Below the pieces are notes generated by a model, which saw only the letters and a program-made list of their open reading frames with translations, was not told the origin of the DNA and searched no databases. A stretch of 64,000 bases of DNA from an uncultured Acidobacteriota bacterium (GTDB lineage: Bacteria; Acidobacteriota; Vicinamibacteria; Vicinamibacterales; SCN-69-37), in the NCBI GenBank assembly GCA_963752045.1, contig CAVVWN010000007.1, positions 157,961 through 221,960 on the forward strand, given 5' to 3'. Positions 26,903 to 39,156 of the stretch are shown here, in pieces (positions within the stretch are counted from its first letter, which is position 1; the number at the start of each line of letters is the position of its first letter). A program made the translations under genes and the position numbers.

Positions 26903-27864
26903 AGCCAGCGCATTCTCCTGAAAAACCACAGCATCAGGCCCGATGCACCGAGCATCAGGCCCACGATCCACCAGAACTGGACGCCCTCGCCGCCCGGAAA
27001 GTGCGGCAGGGTCACGTTCATGCCGTAGGCGCCAGTCAGGACTGTCAGCGGCATGAAGATGGTCGAGATGATCGTCAGCACCTTCATGACGCGGTTGAGC
27101 CGATTCGACTGGTTCGACAGGTGCGCGTCGAGCAGGCCCGTCACCCGATCCTGAAGGAACAGCGCCTCGTCGGCGAGCCTGACGAGGTGGTCGTGCACGT
27201 CACGGAACCGGTAGGCCAGTGCCTCGGAGATCTGGGGGAACTCCCGCCGCGCCAGCCGGCCGACCGCATCGCGTTCGGGGAGCGTCACCCGACGCAGCGC
27301 GGCGATGTCGCGCTTGAGCCCGAGCAGGTCGCGCATCGGATTCCGGTCCGGCTCGTCGAACACCTGGTTCTCGAGCGTCTCGAGTCGGTCTTCGAGGGCG
27401 TCCACTTCGGGCCCGTAGTGATCGACCATCCGATCCACGATGCGATGGAACAGAGACACCGCGCCTTCGGCCAGCAGCTGCTCGTTGCGCGTGCAGGCGG
27501 AGCGCTCGGACTCGATCGAACGCGACGGGCCGTTGTGCACCGTGACGAGGAAGTTCCGGCCGAGGAAGAAGTCCACGTCCTGCGTCACGAAGCCGGCCGT
27601 GTCCGGACTGGCGACGATGCCGTGGAGGATGGTGTAGAGCACGCCGCCGTACGTCTCGATCTTCGGGTGATGGATCTCGGCCATCGCGTCCTCGACGGCG
27701 AGCTCGTGGAACTGGAACACCCGGTGGAGCAACCGCTGGTCGACCTCGTCGGGCTGCTCGACGTCCACCCAGAGGATCTCCGGGGCGTCAGGCTCGAGCC
27801 AGGCGGCATCGACGGTCGGGAGTTGCTCGGCACGGCCGGCGCGCCCGACGAGCACGGTGTGCAT
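26899..27864 (-). CDS. corA: magnesium/cobalt transporter CorA
   Basis: It has a YGMNV (GMN) motif followed by two C-terminal TM helices, and is about 320 aa long. ATG 27864 is preferred over TTG 27873. Confidence 0.9.
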   Translation of the reverse strand: MHTVLVGRAGRAEQLPTVDAAWLEPDAPEILWVDVEQPDEVDQRLLHRVFQFHELAVEDAMAEIHHPKIETYGGVLYTILHGIVASPDTAGFVTQDVDFFLGRNFLVTVHNGPSRSIESERSACTRNEQLLAEGAVSLFHRIVDRMVDHYGPEVDALEDRLETLENQVFDEPDRNPMRDLLGLKRDIAALRRVTLPERDAVGRLARREFPQISEALAYRFRDVHDHLVRLADEALFLQDRVTGLLDAHLSNQSNRLNRVMKVLTIISTIFMPLTVLTGAYGMNVTLPHFPGGEGVQFWWIVGLMLGASGLMLWFFRRMRWL

Positions 27865-27905
27865 GGGGTGCAATTCTACGCGCCGACCCGCACCCGGCGC
27901 ATCCT

Positions 27906-28337
27906 GTGGACCCGACGCCCCTGGCGACCAGCCGTATAATCGTCCCCGTGCCAGTCAGTCTGTCGGGTACTCCCCCGGGCGTGCAGCCCGTGCGCGTCGG
28001 CTTCAGCGCGCACGACCACGACCTCCGGTCCGTGGTCACGCTGCGGCGCGATCACCCGGCCGACGTCGGCGAGCGGCACGTCATCGCCAGGCTCAATGGC
28101 GGGCCGCCGGTCGCCCTTCGGTTCGACGAGTCGGTGACGGCCGAACTACCGCCCGGGCGGCATCACCTGCGGATCCACAACACCCTGTTCTGGAAGAACA
28201 TCCACTTCGCCATCGAGCCGGGCGAGCACATCGAGTTTCTCGCCATCAACAGCGCCCGCTGGTGGACGGCCGGCATGGCCGGCGTGCTCGGCGCCGCGCC
28301 GCTCTTTCTCACGGTCGTGCAACGGTCGCTTCGCTGA
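27906..28337 (+). CDS. hypothetical protein (C-terminal hydrophobic helix)
   Basis: 143-aa ORF with a GTG start in an otherwise unoccupied gap. No family recognised. Confidence 0.45.
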   Translation: MDPTPLATSRIIVPVPVSLSGTPPGVQPVRVGFSAHDHDLRSVVTLRRDHPADVGERHVIARLNGGPPVALRFDESVTAELPPGRHHLRIHNTLFWKNIHFAIEPGEHIEFLAINSARWWTAGMAGVLGAAPLFLTVVQRSLR

Positions 28338-28349
28338 GGCCGGTCGCGG

Positions 28350-28790
28350 TTACTTGCCCGCGATTTCCTTCATGCTCTTCTGCAGCTCGCCGAAACTGCC
28401 CTTGAACCCGTTGACCGCATCGTTCCAGGTGTCTTCGGTCGAGTCCTTCATCTTCGCGAGATGATCGGCCGCGCTCTTGTACTGCTCCTTCATCGAGGCC
28501 ACGGCCTTGTCCATCTGATCCTTGGCCTCGCCCTGAGCGCCCGCGGCCTTGCCCTCGAGCTCCTTGATGGCGGCATCCAGATCGGCCAGCGCCTTCTCCG
28601 AACGGCTCACGACCTCGTCCCTGGAGCCTTCGAACATCGTGGCGACGGCATCCGCGCCCTCCCTGGCCATCGCACCAACGTCGCTCGCCGCCGCCTCGGC
28701 CGCGCCCTGAGCTTCCTGGCCCTCGTTTCCGGAACATCCAACGGTCATCACAAGCAAGACCACGACGGGCCACATCCGCACTGTCTTCAT
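28350..28790 (-). CDS. hypothetical helical lipoprotein
   Basis: GGGAGAA lies upstream of ATG 28790. It has a lipobox (VVLLVMTVGC) and an Ala/Glu/Lys-rich mature part. Confidence 0.65.
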   Translation of the reverse strand: MKTVRMWPVVVLLVMTVGCSGNEGQEAQGAAEAAASDVGAMAREGADAVATMFEGSRDEVVSRSEKALADLDAAIKELEGKAAGAQGEAKDQMDKAVASMKEQYKSAADHLAKMKDSTEDTWNDAVNGFKGSFGELQKSMKEIAGK

Positions 28791-28908
28791 CTTTGATTCT
28801 CCCTGCATCGAAACCGCTCTGCCCCCGCGACCTTCGCTCGAGCCAGAGCCAACAGGAAATTTTACACGAGAACAGCCAGACTCTTCTCCTCTCGCAACCA
28901 GGGTCGGC

Positions 28909-31593
<2,685 letters not shown>

Positions 31594-31627
31594 GCGGACC
31601 TTCTCCTTCGCGCGTGCGCGCGTTCGC

Positions 31628-32695
31628 TCAGCCGGACCGCGGAGCCGCGTCGCCGGCCGACGATTGAGTGTAGCAGCGCACGCGCGGGGTACCGTCGGTC
31701 AGGCTCCCGATGACGGCCGCGTGCTCGAACCCGTCGCCGTGGAACACGGCAAGGACCGAAGCAACGGTCTCCGGCGCGCAGGCGACGAGCAGGCCGCCGC
31801 TCGTCTGCGGATTGGTCAGCAGGGCGCGCTGGAGGTCTGAGATGCCGTCGAGCTCGACGTCCTTTCCATAGCCGGACCAGTTGCGGCCCGAGGCGCCCGT
31901 GATGAGGCCACGGCCGGCCAGCTCGGCGACTCCCGGCAGGAGCGGCACCGACGGCCAGTGCAGTTCGGCGCCGAGGCTCGAGCCCCGGCACATCTCGAGC
32001 AGGTGCCCGAGCAGCCCGAACCCCGTCACGTCCGTCAGCGCGTGCACGCCGGGCATGGCCGACAGACGGAGTCCGGGGGTATTCAGCCGCGTCGTCGTCG
32101 CGATCATCTCGCGGTAGCAGTCGGCGTCGAGCTGCTCTTTCTTGAGCGCGGCCGAGTAGACGCCGACGCCGAGGGGCTTGCCGAGCACGAGCACGTCACC
32201 CGCGCGGGCGTCACGGTTCGTCTTGAGTCGACCGGGGTGCACGAGACCCATCGCCACGAGCCCGTAGATCGGCTCGATGGAGTCGATGGTGTGCCCGCCG
32301 GCAATGGGAATGCCTGCCGCCGTGCAGACTGACTCGCCACCTTCGATGACGCGACGAATCACGTCCACGGGAAGCTTGTCGATCGGCATCGCCACGAGGG
32401 CGAGCGCCATGATCGGCGTCGCGCCCATCGCGTACACGTCCGAGATGGCGTTTGTCGCCGCGATCCGGCCGAAGTCGAACGGATCGTCGACGATCGGCAT
32501 GAAGAAGTCGGTCGTCGCGACGAGCGCCTGCTCGTCGTTGAGCCTGTAGACGGCCGCATCGTCCGACGTCTCGAGCCCGACGAGCAGGGCCTCCGGCACG
32601 ACGCCGCCGGCCTGCTGCAGGATCTCGGAAAGCACGCCTGGCGCGATCTTGCACCCGCAGCCGCCGCCGTGCGAGAAGGAGGTCAGCCTGATCAC
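31628..32695 (-). CDS. selD: selenide, water dikinase (selenophosphate synthetase), Cys-type
   Basis: The N-terminal SFSHGGGCGCKI (Cys rather than Sec at the active-site loop) and AIR-synthase-like body are typical of SelD. Confidence 0.9.
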   Translation of the reverse strand: MIRLTSFSHGGGCGCKIAPGVLSEILQQAGGVVPEALLVGLETSDDAAVYRLNDEQALVATTDFFMPIVDDPFDFGRIAATNAISDVYAMGATPIMALALVAMPIDKLPVDVIRRVIEGGESVCTAAGIPIAGGHTIDSIEPIYGLVAMGLVHPGRLKTNRDARAGDVLVLGKPLGVGVYSAALKKEQLDADCYREMIATTTRLNTPGLRLSAMPGVHALTDVTGFGLLGHLLEMCRGSSLGAELHWPSVPLLPGVAELAGRGLITGASGRNWSGYGKDVELDGISDLQRALLTNPQTSGGLLVACAPETVASVLAVFHGDGFEHAAVIGSLTDGTPRVRCYTQSSAGDAAPRSG

Positions 32696-32749
32696 GCAGC
32701 CATTATGCCGCCTTGCGCACCAGGCCGGGACCTCCTTTCGCGGGCGGGT

Positions 32750-33970
32750 TCAGCGCCGGCCAGCCGGCCGCAGGAACTTCTGGAAGGCCCAGTGACCGAT
32801 GCGCACGCCTTGCTCTCGCCCGTCGACGTCGGCGAACCGGAAGTGAATGCCCTGGTAGATGCGCACGTCGACCATGTCCTGCTGCACGTCCGACAGCCGC
32901 AGGTACTGCCGCGGATTCACGAGCAGGTCCTGAAGCGGGCTCGACACGGTGAACACGATGTTGTCCGTGCCGAAGAACAGCTGCATCACCGTCGTGACGG
33001 CCGCCGTCAAGCAGTTGGCGCCCGAGCTGTATTCCGGATACGGCGGTGTCTGCACGAAGGGCGTCCAGTTGGCATCGCCGCTCGTCCGCGGGTTTCCGTC
33101 GGCATCTCCTTCGCGGATGGCCGTATAGGGCCGCCAGAAGGAGTAGAAGTACTTGGTCTCGTAGACGGCGATCTGCGAGTCGGCGGCGGCGTAGCTCACG
33201 AGCGCCAGCAGCCGGGCCGTGTCGCCAACGTTCGACAGATAGCCGTCGGCGACGCCGCGCACGCCTCCGTAGAGTTGAACGATGATGTTGCCCCAGAAGC
33301 GCGCCAGATCGGTCTGCGCGGCCGTTCGCGTGCTGCCCGTGGACGATCCCAGGGCCTTCACCTCGTCATAGTCGCGGCGGTACCGCTCGCTCTCGAGGGG
33401 CGCCGGCGACTCCGGCCGGAACTGTCTGGGCTCGAGGAGCGTGAACGGCTGCGTGAATGCCATGTAGGTGAACGCGCCGGCCGAGACGTTCGGCGTCAGG
33501 CGCCACTCTCCGGGATTGGTGCCTCCGATGAACGGGTCCAGGGGGGAGACGAACGGCGAGCGTCGAATGGCCAGAAACGCCTGGGCCGCTTCGGCACCAG
33601 CCGCAAGGCCCGGGTCCCCCGGATACGTACTGGCCGGGACCGGCACGCCCGTCAGGCAGGCCGGGGCCTGACCGTAGAGACCCGTCAGCACGCCGTAGGC
33701 GGCAGCGGCCGCCGCCGCGTCGACCGAGCCGATTCCCAGCCGACCCGGGTTCCGGTAGCGGTAGAACCCGAACCGGCCCTCAATCGTCTGCACGGCGTCG
33801 TGGACGGCGCCGTGGACGAGGGCGACGTCGATGAGTCCAGATGGCCCCGGACGGCCGGTCCCGACGCAGGACATCGTGATGGCATTCCAGGTGGTAACGA
33901 CATCGGCCATCGCCGGTGTGGCCACCAATAACCCCAAGGACGCGAGCATTGCCGTAAACCGCACTCTCAT
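32750..33970 (-). CDS. PAP2 / vanadium-dependent haloperoxidase family protein, secreted
   Basis: GGGAGGAC lies upstream of ATG 33970, followed by a signal peptide. KYFYSFWRP (KxxxxxxRP) and RIYQGIHFRFAD (RxxxxxHxxxD) are present. The central SGH motif reads SGA. Confidence 0.7.
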   Translation of the reverse strand: MRVRFTAMLASLGLLVATPAMADVVTTWNAITMSCVGTGRPGPSGLIDVALVHGAVHDAVQTIEGRFGFYRYRNPGRLGIGSVDAAAAAAAYGVLTGLYGQAPACLTGVPVPASTYPGDPGLAAGAEAAQAFLAIRRSPFVSPLDPFIGGTNPGEWRLTPNVSAGAFTYMAFTQPFTLLEPRQFRPESPAPLESERYRRDYDEVKALGSSTGSTRTAAQTDLARFWGNIIVQLYGGVRGVADGYLSNVGDTARLLALVSYAAADSQIAVYETKYFYSFWRPYTAIREGDADGNPRTSGDANWTPFVQTPPYPEYSSGANCLTAAVTTVMQLFFGTDNIVFTVSSPLQDLLVNPRQYLRLSDVQQDMVDVRIYQGIHFRFADVDGREQGVRIGHWAFQKFLRPAGRR

Positions 33971-34064
33971 GACAGTCCTCCCTTGCGTTTCTTCATGACT
34001 ACTGACCAAAACGAAGGCACAGCCGGTTCTGGACAGTGCCGCCGAGGAGGTCCAGCCTGCGACA

Positions 34065-34087
34065 GCGAACGTTCCGAAAGCGTTCGC
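34065..34087 (-). terminator. small hairpin 5 nt after the lipoprotein stop, containing copy 1 of a 19-nt repeated motif
   Basis: GCGAACG (34065-34071) pairs with CGTTCGC (34081-34087), leaving a 9-nt loop. Motif CGTTCCGAAAGCGTTCGCG is at 34070-34088. Confidence 0.5.
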
Positions 34088-34093
34088 GACCGT

Positions 34094-35155
34094 TCACTCG
34101 CGGCGCAGCGTCAGGGCCGACCGGCCGTTGCAGAAGCTGACTGGACTGACGCCGAACCCGTGTTGGTAGTAGTGGAACCCGCCGTCGAGCGTGCCGGCGA
34201 TCTCGTGCCCGTCAAGTACGGCCTCGACAACACCCCAGACGCCCAGAAGACCTCCCGGCTCGAGCTGGTCGAGCAGCTGGTAGGACGGATCACCGAAGTC
34301 ATCATCATCCGAGTAGTCGATCCTCGTCGTCACCGTGCTGCCAAAGACCCTGCCCTTCAGTTTCGCGGCAACCGCGACCGTCGGCCCGGACGGTCGCAGC
34401 ACGAGCTGCGATCCCGTCTGCTCGATGGACACCAGGAACTGGCGCGTTCGGGCCGGATCGGGCAAGGCCAGGCCGCAGCTGCCCGGAGGGGCGGACACGG
34501 TCAGCATCCAGTGGCCGGACAGGTCGGCGATGGGAGGAATCGGTGTCAGGGCGACATCACGAATCGTCGAGTCCGTCACGCCGATCTCCACGATGCGGCT
34601 CGTGCGCCCGGCAGCCGAGATTCGGACGCGCACGTCACCCGCGACCCCATAGAGCGCGTACGCGCCCCGGCCGTCGGTCGTCATGTGCTCTCCGGCCCCT
34701 ATGCCCTCCTCCACCTCGACGACGGCATCAGGGAGCGGCTGGCCGGTCTCGCCGTCGGTGACGAGGCCTGAGAGCTCGAACGTGCCGTCCTCGGTCACGA
34801 CGACGTTCAGACTCTGGATTGTCGTGCCGTGCCTCGCGAGGATCCTCGACCGGCCGCGCGACATGCCGCGGGCCACCCCGCCCGGGCCCACGTCCACGAC
34901 GCTTCCCGGCCGTGCGGAGAACCAGTCGGCAACCGCCGTGACGTCGCTCGTGGCGCCGTCGGCAGCCCGGACGACGGCCGAGTAGTGGGCCGTCGCCCCC
35001 GGCGCGATGGAGGCCGGCCCGGTGATGGTCAGCACGGGGCTCGCCGGCAGGCTCGTCGCCGACGTCGGCGAATCGCCACAGGCGGCGGTCGCAAGGAGCG
35101 CGAGCAGAGCGAGCCCGGTTCGGCGGAAGCGAAGGGCGCCTGGACTGGCAATCAT
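34094..35155 (-). CDS. lipoprotein with Ig-like (Big_2-type) and carboxypeptidase-regulatory-like domains
   Basis: ORF 34094..35398 trimmed to MIASPGALRFRRTGLALLALLATAACG (lipobox). It has an SPVLTITGPASIAPGATAHYSAV Ig-like segment and GLVTDGETGQPLPDAVVEV...DGRGAYALYGV (CarboxypepD_reg-like). Confidence 0.65.
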   Translation of the reverse strand: MIASPGALRFRRTGLALLALLATAACGDSPTSATSLPASPVLTITGPASIAPGATAHYSAVVRAADGATSDVTAVADWFSARPGSVVDVGPGGVARGMSRGRSRILARHGTTIQSLNVVVTEDGTFELSGLVTDGETGQPLPDAVVEVEEGIGAGEHMTTDGRGAYALYGVAGDVRVRISAAGRTSRIVEIGVTDSTIRDVALTPIPPIADLSGHWMLTVSAPPGSCGLALPDPARTRQFLVSIEQTGSQLVLRPSGPTVAVAAKLKGRVFGSTVTTRIDYSDDDDFGDPSYQLLDQLEPGGLLGVWGVVEAVLDGHEIAGTLDGGFHYYQHGFGVSPVSFCNGRSALTLRRE

Positions 35156-35220
35156 GATGGGTTCCTGCCGATTCTCTACCCGCGGGAATCGCGGAGTCGA
35201 AAACACCCTACGAAGTGGAG

Positions 35221-35239
35221 CGTTCCGAAAGCGTTCGCG
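35221..35239 (-). repeat. copy 2 of 19-nt motif CGTTCCGAAAGCGTTCGCG, 5 nt after the regulator stop codon
   Basis: Identical 19-mer to 34070-34088, with the same 5-nt spacing to the TGA (35245-35247) of the preceding minus-strand gene. Confidence 0.8.
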
Positions 35240-35244
35240 GGAAG

Positions 35245-38200
35245 TCAGGCCGGTTCCGGCGTCGAAGAGGTGAGGATCCGGTGCTCGAGCGCGCGGCTGC
35301 CCTGGGTCTGGGCCAGCTCGAGCGCCTGTCGGAGCGTGGCGTCGCGCTGCGGGGATGGTTCGAGCCTGCTGCGCTCGAGGTACAGCGCGGGAAGCCACCA
35401 GACGTCCGACCGCTCGATGGCCATCCCAATCGCGGCTTCGATAGTGGAGGCGGCCTGGTGCCTGTCTCCGGCGAGGCGATACGTCTCGGCCAGCAACGAG
35501 AGATAGTAAGGGCGCCGTGCCTGGGCCCGCTGGACGTCGAGCCGTGCCAGTGCCGACTCGATGGCCGGGATCCCGGAAGCCGGCTCACGCTGGCCGCGTG
35601 CCCAGCCCCGGAGCACCTCGGCCCAGTCTCCGTAGTACGCGAACCCGTGCCGACCGCAGAGTGACACAACGGCGTCCGCACACTCGAGGACAGCGGCCGC
35701 GTCCCGGCGCATCTGATGAAGCATGCCTGCGTAGGCAAACGCGAGCGTCTCGCTGAAGGGGTGGTCGAGCCGGCGCGCGAGCGCCAGCGCCTGATCGGCA
35801 TGCGCCAGCGCGGCCGGCTCGTCACCGAGCAGCCACACCACCTGCGCCTGCCACGCGTGCACGAACACGCCGAGATCCGACCCCAGGGGTGAGCGTCTCG
35901 GCTGCCGCTCGTCGTGTGCCGCCAGGGCCGCCTCGAAGTGCTGGTTCGCCGCCTCGAGCTCGCCACTCGTCAGCGACGTCGCGGCCATCGCGTGGTGTGC
36001 CTCGCAGCGGAATGACGGATTGAAAGCGCTCCCGGCCAGCGCCTCCTCCGACAGGGCCCGCGCGCGCCTGACCTCACCGAGCACGAACCGCAGCGTGAAG
36101 GCCACCCACAACCAGCGCACGGGCACCTGGCCACCGTGACCGCCGCGATAGAGCTCGAACACGCGGTCCAGGTTGCGCTCGACGTCCGGCGCCGCGTAGC
36201 CGCGCGCCGCATTGAACGCGACCGACAGACTCGAGCGAAGCGACAGCTCACGATCGTCTCGATCCCGGCCCGACGGGAGGCGCTCGAGCAGCGACAGCGC
36301 GTACGTCAGGCAACGGATCGCCTCCTCATTTGCCGTGACACGCATCGCCACCTCTGCGGCACGGGCAAGGAACGGCACGGCAGGTGCGGGCCGGCCTCCA
36401 CGGTCGAGGTGCAGCGCCACCGACGCGCTCACATCGTCCAGGCGATGGGCGTGCAACCGCTCCATCGCCTGCGCGATTCGCCGGTGAATCAGCCGGCGAC
36501 GCGCCGGACTGAGGGTGCTGTAGGTGACTTCGCGGATGCGGTCGTGGCTGAAATCCCACCGCTCGTCGCTCTGGGCGCGCACGACGTGCCGTCTCCAGAG
36601 CTCGTCGAGCGCCCGGACGAGCGCGTCCTCCTCCAGGTCGGCGGCCTCGGCCAGGATGTCGAACCCGAAGTCGCGCCCGACGGCCGCCGCCACCTCCGCG
36701 GTGGTGCGCGCCTCGTCCGACAGCAGGGCCATCCGCGCGGCGACAACGGCCTGCACCTGAGAGACAACGGCGCCCGCCGGGTCGCCCGGCTCCCTGACGG
36801 ACTCCATGTACCCGCGCTCGACGATGAACAGCGGATGGCCTTCGGTCTCGCGGAACAGACGCGCCGACGTCTGCTCGTCGAGAGACCGCCCGGCTACTTC
36901 GCCAGCCAGCTGCGCCGTCGCCGCCTGATCGAGCGGGCCGGGCCGGATGACCGACAGCTGACCGTCGCGCTCCAGGCGGTCGATGAGACGGCCGAGAGCC
37001 GGATTGTCCTGCTCCTCCTCAGAGCGTCCCGTGCCGACGACCAGGCAACGTGTACCCGCAGCCGAATGCAGGAAGTACCAGAGCCACTCGACCGTGTCCG
37101 TGTCGGCCCACTGCAGGTCGTCGAGAATCAGCACCAGGGGAGCTGCCGAACGAAACGCCTGCGCCAGTGACTCGAAGAAGCGCAGGCGCTCCCAGGTCTG
37201 GAGCTGCCGGGTTGGCTGGCTGACCTCAGGACGAGCCGCGACCACACCCGGATACAGCCGTGCGACGTCAGCCAGCGAGGCGGCATTCAGCCTGGCCAGA
37301 GCGGGCTGCACCGCGCCGTCCTTCAGCCAGACGGCAATCGGCGCGTAGGCCAGCCCGCCCTCGCCGGCATAACAACGCGCCGACAGAACCCTGACCCGGC
37401 TGCGCTCGCACCAGTCGACCAGTTCCTCGGCCAACCTCGTTTTGCCGATGCCGGCCTCTCCGCGGATCAGGCAGAGCCGAGGCCGGCCAGCCGCAGCTTC
37501 GCGCCAGGCACCCAGCAGCGCCTCCCACTCGAGCGCTCGACCGACCAGCCGGTACATGTTCGGTCGTGCCGGCGGCGGGACGACGGCAGCGACCTCGTCG
37601 AGCTCGAGAACCTCGCGGTACGTCTGGCGGGTGGCGGCGCTCGGCTCGACGCCCAGCTCCTTCCTGAACAGCGCTGCGCATTGCTGGTAGAGATGCAGCG
37701 CGGTCGCCCGTTCGCCGCGCCGCGCGTGACATCGCATCAGTGCGCACCAGGCCGGCTCGTCGAGCGGATCGAGGCGGAGCAGGTGCCGCAGGCATTCGAG
37801 CGCCTCGCCAAAGGCGCGATTCCCTTCCAGGAGCCCGGCCAGGCGAGCCAGCACGGCACTCGCGAGCGCGCGGAAGCGCTGCCGGTCGGACTCAATCCAC
37901 TGAGCCGCGCAGTCGGGCAGAAGGTCGCCCTTGTAGAGCCGCGCCGCTTCCGTCAGCGCCGCTTCGTCGCCACCGAGGCCACGTTCGGCCGCGGCCTCAA
38001 ACGCCGCAAGATCCACGCTGGCGTTCGACTGGTCGCGCCATGCCAGCGTTCGTGCGGTCGTTTCCACGAGAGCGTCCAGGCCGGGCCACTCTTCACGAAG
38101 GTGGTGCAGCTCGCGACGCAGGTTCGTGAGGGCCTGCGCGTCAGTCGAGTCAGGCCAGAGCGATCCGGCAACCCTCCGCCTGGCCAGCGGCGCCGCACGG

Positions 38201-38325
38201 GCATGGAGCATCAGAAACGCCAGCAGCTCCTGCTGGCGCGTGCTCGGCGCGCGGGCGCACGGCCGGCCGGCCGTGAGCACAGCGAAGCCCCCGAGCAGCT
38301 CGACGTGAACAGCCGAAGCAGCCAC
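35245..38325 (-). CDS. SARP/BTAD-family transcriptional regulator fused to a P-loop AAA ATPase and TPR-like C-terminal region (AfsR-like)
   Basis: It has an N-terminal winged-helix plus BTAD (LYKGDLLPD...WIESDRQRF...HLYQQCAALFRKELGVEPS), Walker A GEAGIGKTRL, Walker B-like LVLILDDLQWAD, and a long helical repeat C-terminus. Confidence 0.8.
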   Translation of the reverse strand: MAASAVHVELLGGFAVLTAGRPCARAPSTRQQELLAFLMLHARAAPLARRRVAGSLWPDSTDAQALTNLRRELHHLREEWPGLDALVETTARTLAWRDQSNASVDLAAFEAAAERGLGGDEAALTEAARLYKGDLLPDCAAQWIESDRQRFRALASAVLARLAGLLEGNRAFGEALECLRHLLRLDPLDEPAWCALMRCHARRGERATALHLYQQCAALFRKELGVEPSAATRQTYREVLELDEVAAVVPPPARPNMYRLVGRALEWEALLGAWREAAAGRPRLCLIRGEAGIGKTRLAEELVDWCERSRVRVLSARCYAGEGGLAYAPIAVWLKDGAVQPALARLNAASLADVARLYPGVVAARPEVSQPTRQLQTWERLRFFESLAQAFRSAAPLVLILDDLQWADTDTVEWLWYFLHSAAGTRCLVVGTGRSEEEQDNPALGRLIDRLERDGQLSVIRPGPLDQAATAQLAGEVAGRSLDEQTSARLFRETEGHPLFIVERGYMESVREPGDPAGAVVSQVQAVVAARMALLSDEARTTAEVAAAVGRDFGFDILAEAADLEEDALVRALDELWRRHVVRAQSDERWDFSHDRIREVTYSTLSPARRRLIHRRIAQAMERLHAHRLDDVSASVALHLDRGGRPAPAVPFLARAAEVAMRVTANEEAIRCLTYALSLLERLPSGRDRDDRELSLRSSLSVAFNAARGYAAPDVERNLDRVFELYRGGHGGQVPVRWLWVAFTLRFVLGEVRRARALSEEALAGSAFNPSFRCEAHHAMAATSLTSGELEAANQHFEAALAAHDERQPRRSPLGSDLGVFVHAWQAQVVWLLGDEPAALAHADQALALARRLDHPFSETLAFAYAGMLHQMRRDAAAVLECADAVVSLCGRHGFAYYGDWAEVLRGWARGQREPASGIPAIESALARLDVQRAQARRPYYLSLLAETYRLAGDRHQAASTIEAAIGMAIERSDVWWLPALYLERSRLEPSPQRDATLRQALELAQTQGSRALEHRILTSSTPEPA

Positions 38326-38412
38326 AGACCTACCGCCTCAGGGCTGACCGAAGGTCGGCCGGATTGCCCTCATGGAAGCTTGAGGATAGTCGAATCCGGG
38401 CCCGGCGTCGTC

Positions 38413-39156
38413 CTACTTCATCCCCACGGCGACCATCTTGCGGCGGATGAACGCGATCTGCGTCTGGAGCGGCAGGTCTTTCGGGCAGACGTCGTGGCAG
38501 CCGAGCAGCGACATGCATCCGAAGACGCCGTCGTCGTCGCCGACGAGCTCGTAGAAGTCCTCGTCGGTGCGCGTGTCTCGCGGGTCGAGGCGGAAGCGCG
38601 CGATCTTGTTGAGCCCCGCGGCGCCGACGAAGTCCTCGCGCATGCGGGCAGTGCCGCAGGCGGCAATGCAGCACCCGCATTCGATGCAGCGGTCGAGCAG
38701 GTAGATCTCTTCGGCCAGCTCCGGCTCCATCCGCTCTTCAATGCGCGAGAGGTCGACCTCCTGCTCCTTCATGTGGACCCAGGTCTCGAGCCGCTCGCCC
38801 ATCGCGCGCGCCCACTTGCCCGTGTTCACCGAGAGGTCGCCGATGAGCTCGAAGGCCGGAAGCGGCGCGAGCGTGATCTCGGGCCCGAGGTTCTTGGTGA
38901 GCGTGCGGCAGGCCAGATCTGGCTTGCCATCGATGAGCATGCCGCAGCTTCCGCAGATGCCGGCGCGGCAGACGAAGTCGAACTGGAGCGACGGGTCCTG
39001 TTTCTCGCGAATCTCGTTGAGCGCGATGAACAGCGTCATCCCGGCGGCTTCTTCGAGCTCGTACGTCTGCATGTGCGGCCTGCTGCCGGGTTCCTGCGGG
39101 TTGTAGCGCAGGATGCTGATCCTGAGCTGGCGGCCTCCAGGGGTCGGGTCGCTCAT
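38413..39156 (-). CDS. sdhB: succinate dehydrogenase/fumarate reductase iron-sulfur subunit
   Basis: It has the Cys clusters [21 protein letters not shown] and [12 protein letters not shown]. The start overlaps the flavoprotein stop by 4 nt. Confidence 0.9.
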   Translation of the reverse strand: MSDPTPGGRQLRISILRYNPQEPGSRPHMQTYELEEAAGMTLFIALNEIREKQDPSLQFDFVCRAGICGSCGMLIDGKPDLACRTLTKNLGPEITLAPLPAFELIGDLSVNTGKWARAMGERLETWVHMKEQEVDLSRIEERMEPELAEEIYLLDRCIECGCCIAACGTARMREDFVGAAGLNKIARFRLDPRDTRTDEDFYELVGDDDGVFGCMSLLGCHDVCPKDLPLQTQIAFIRRKMVAVGMK

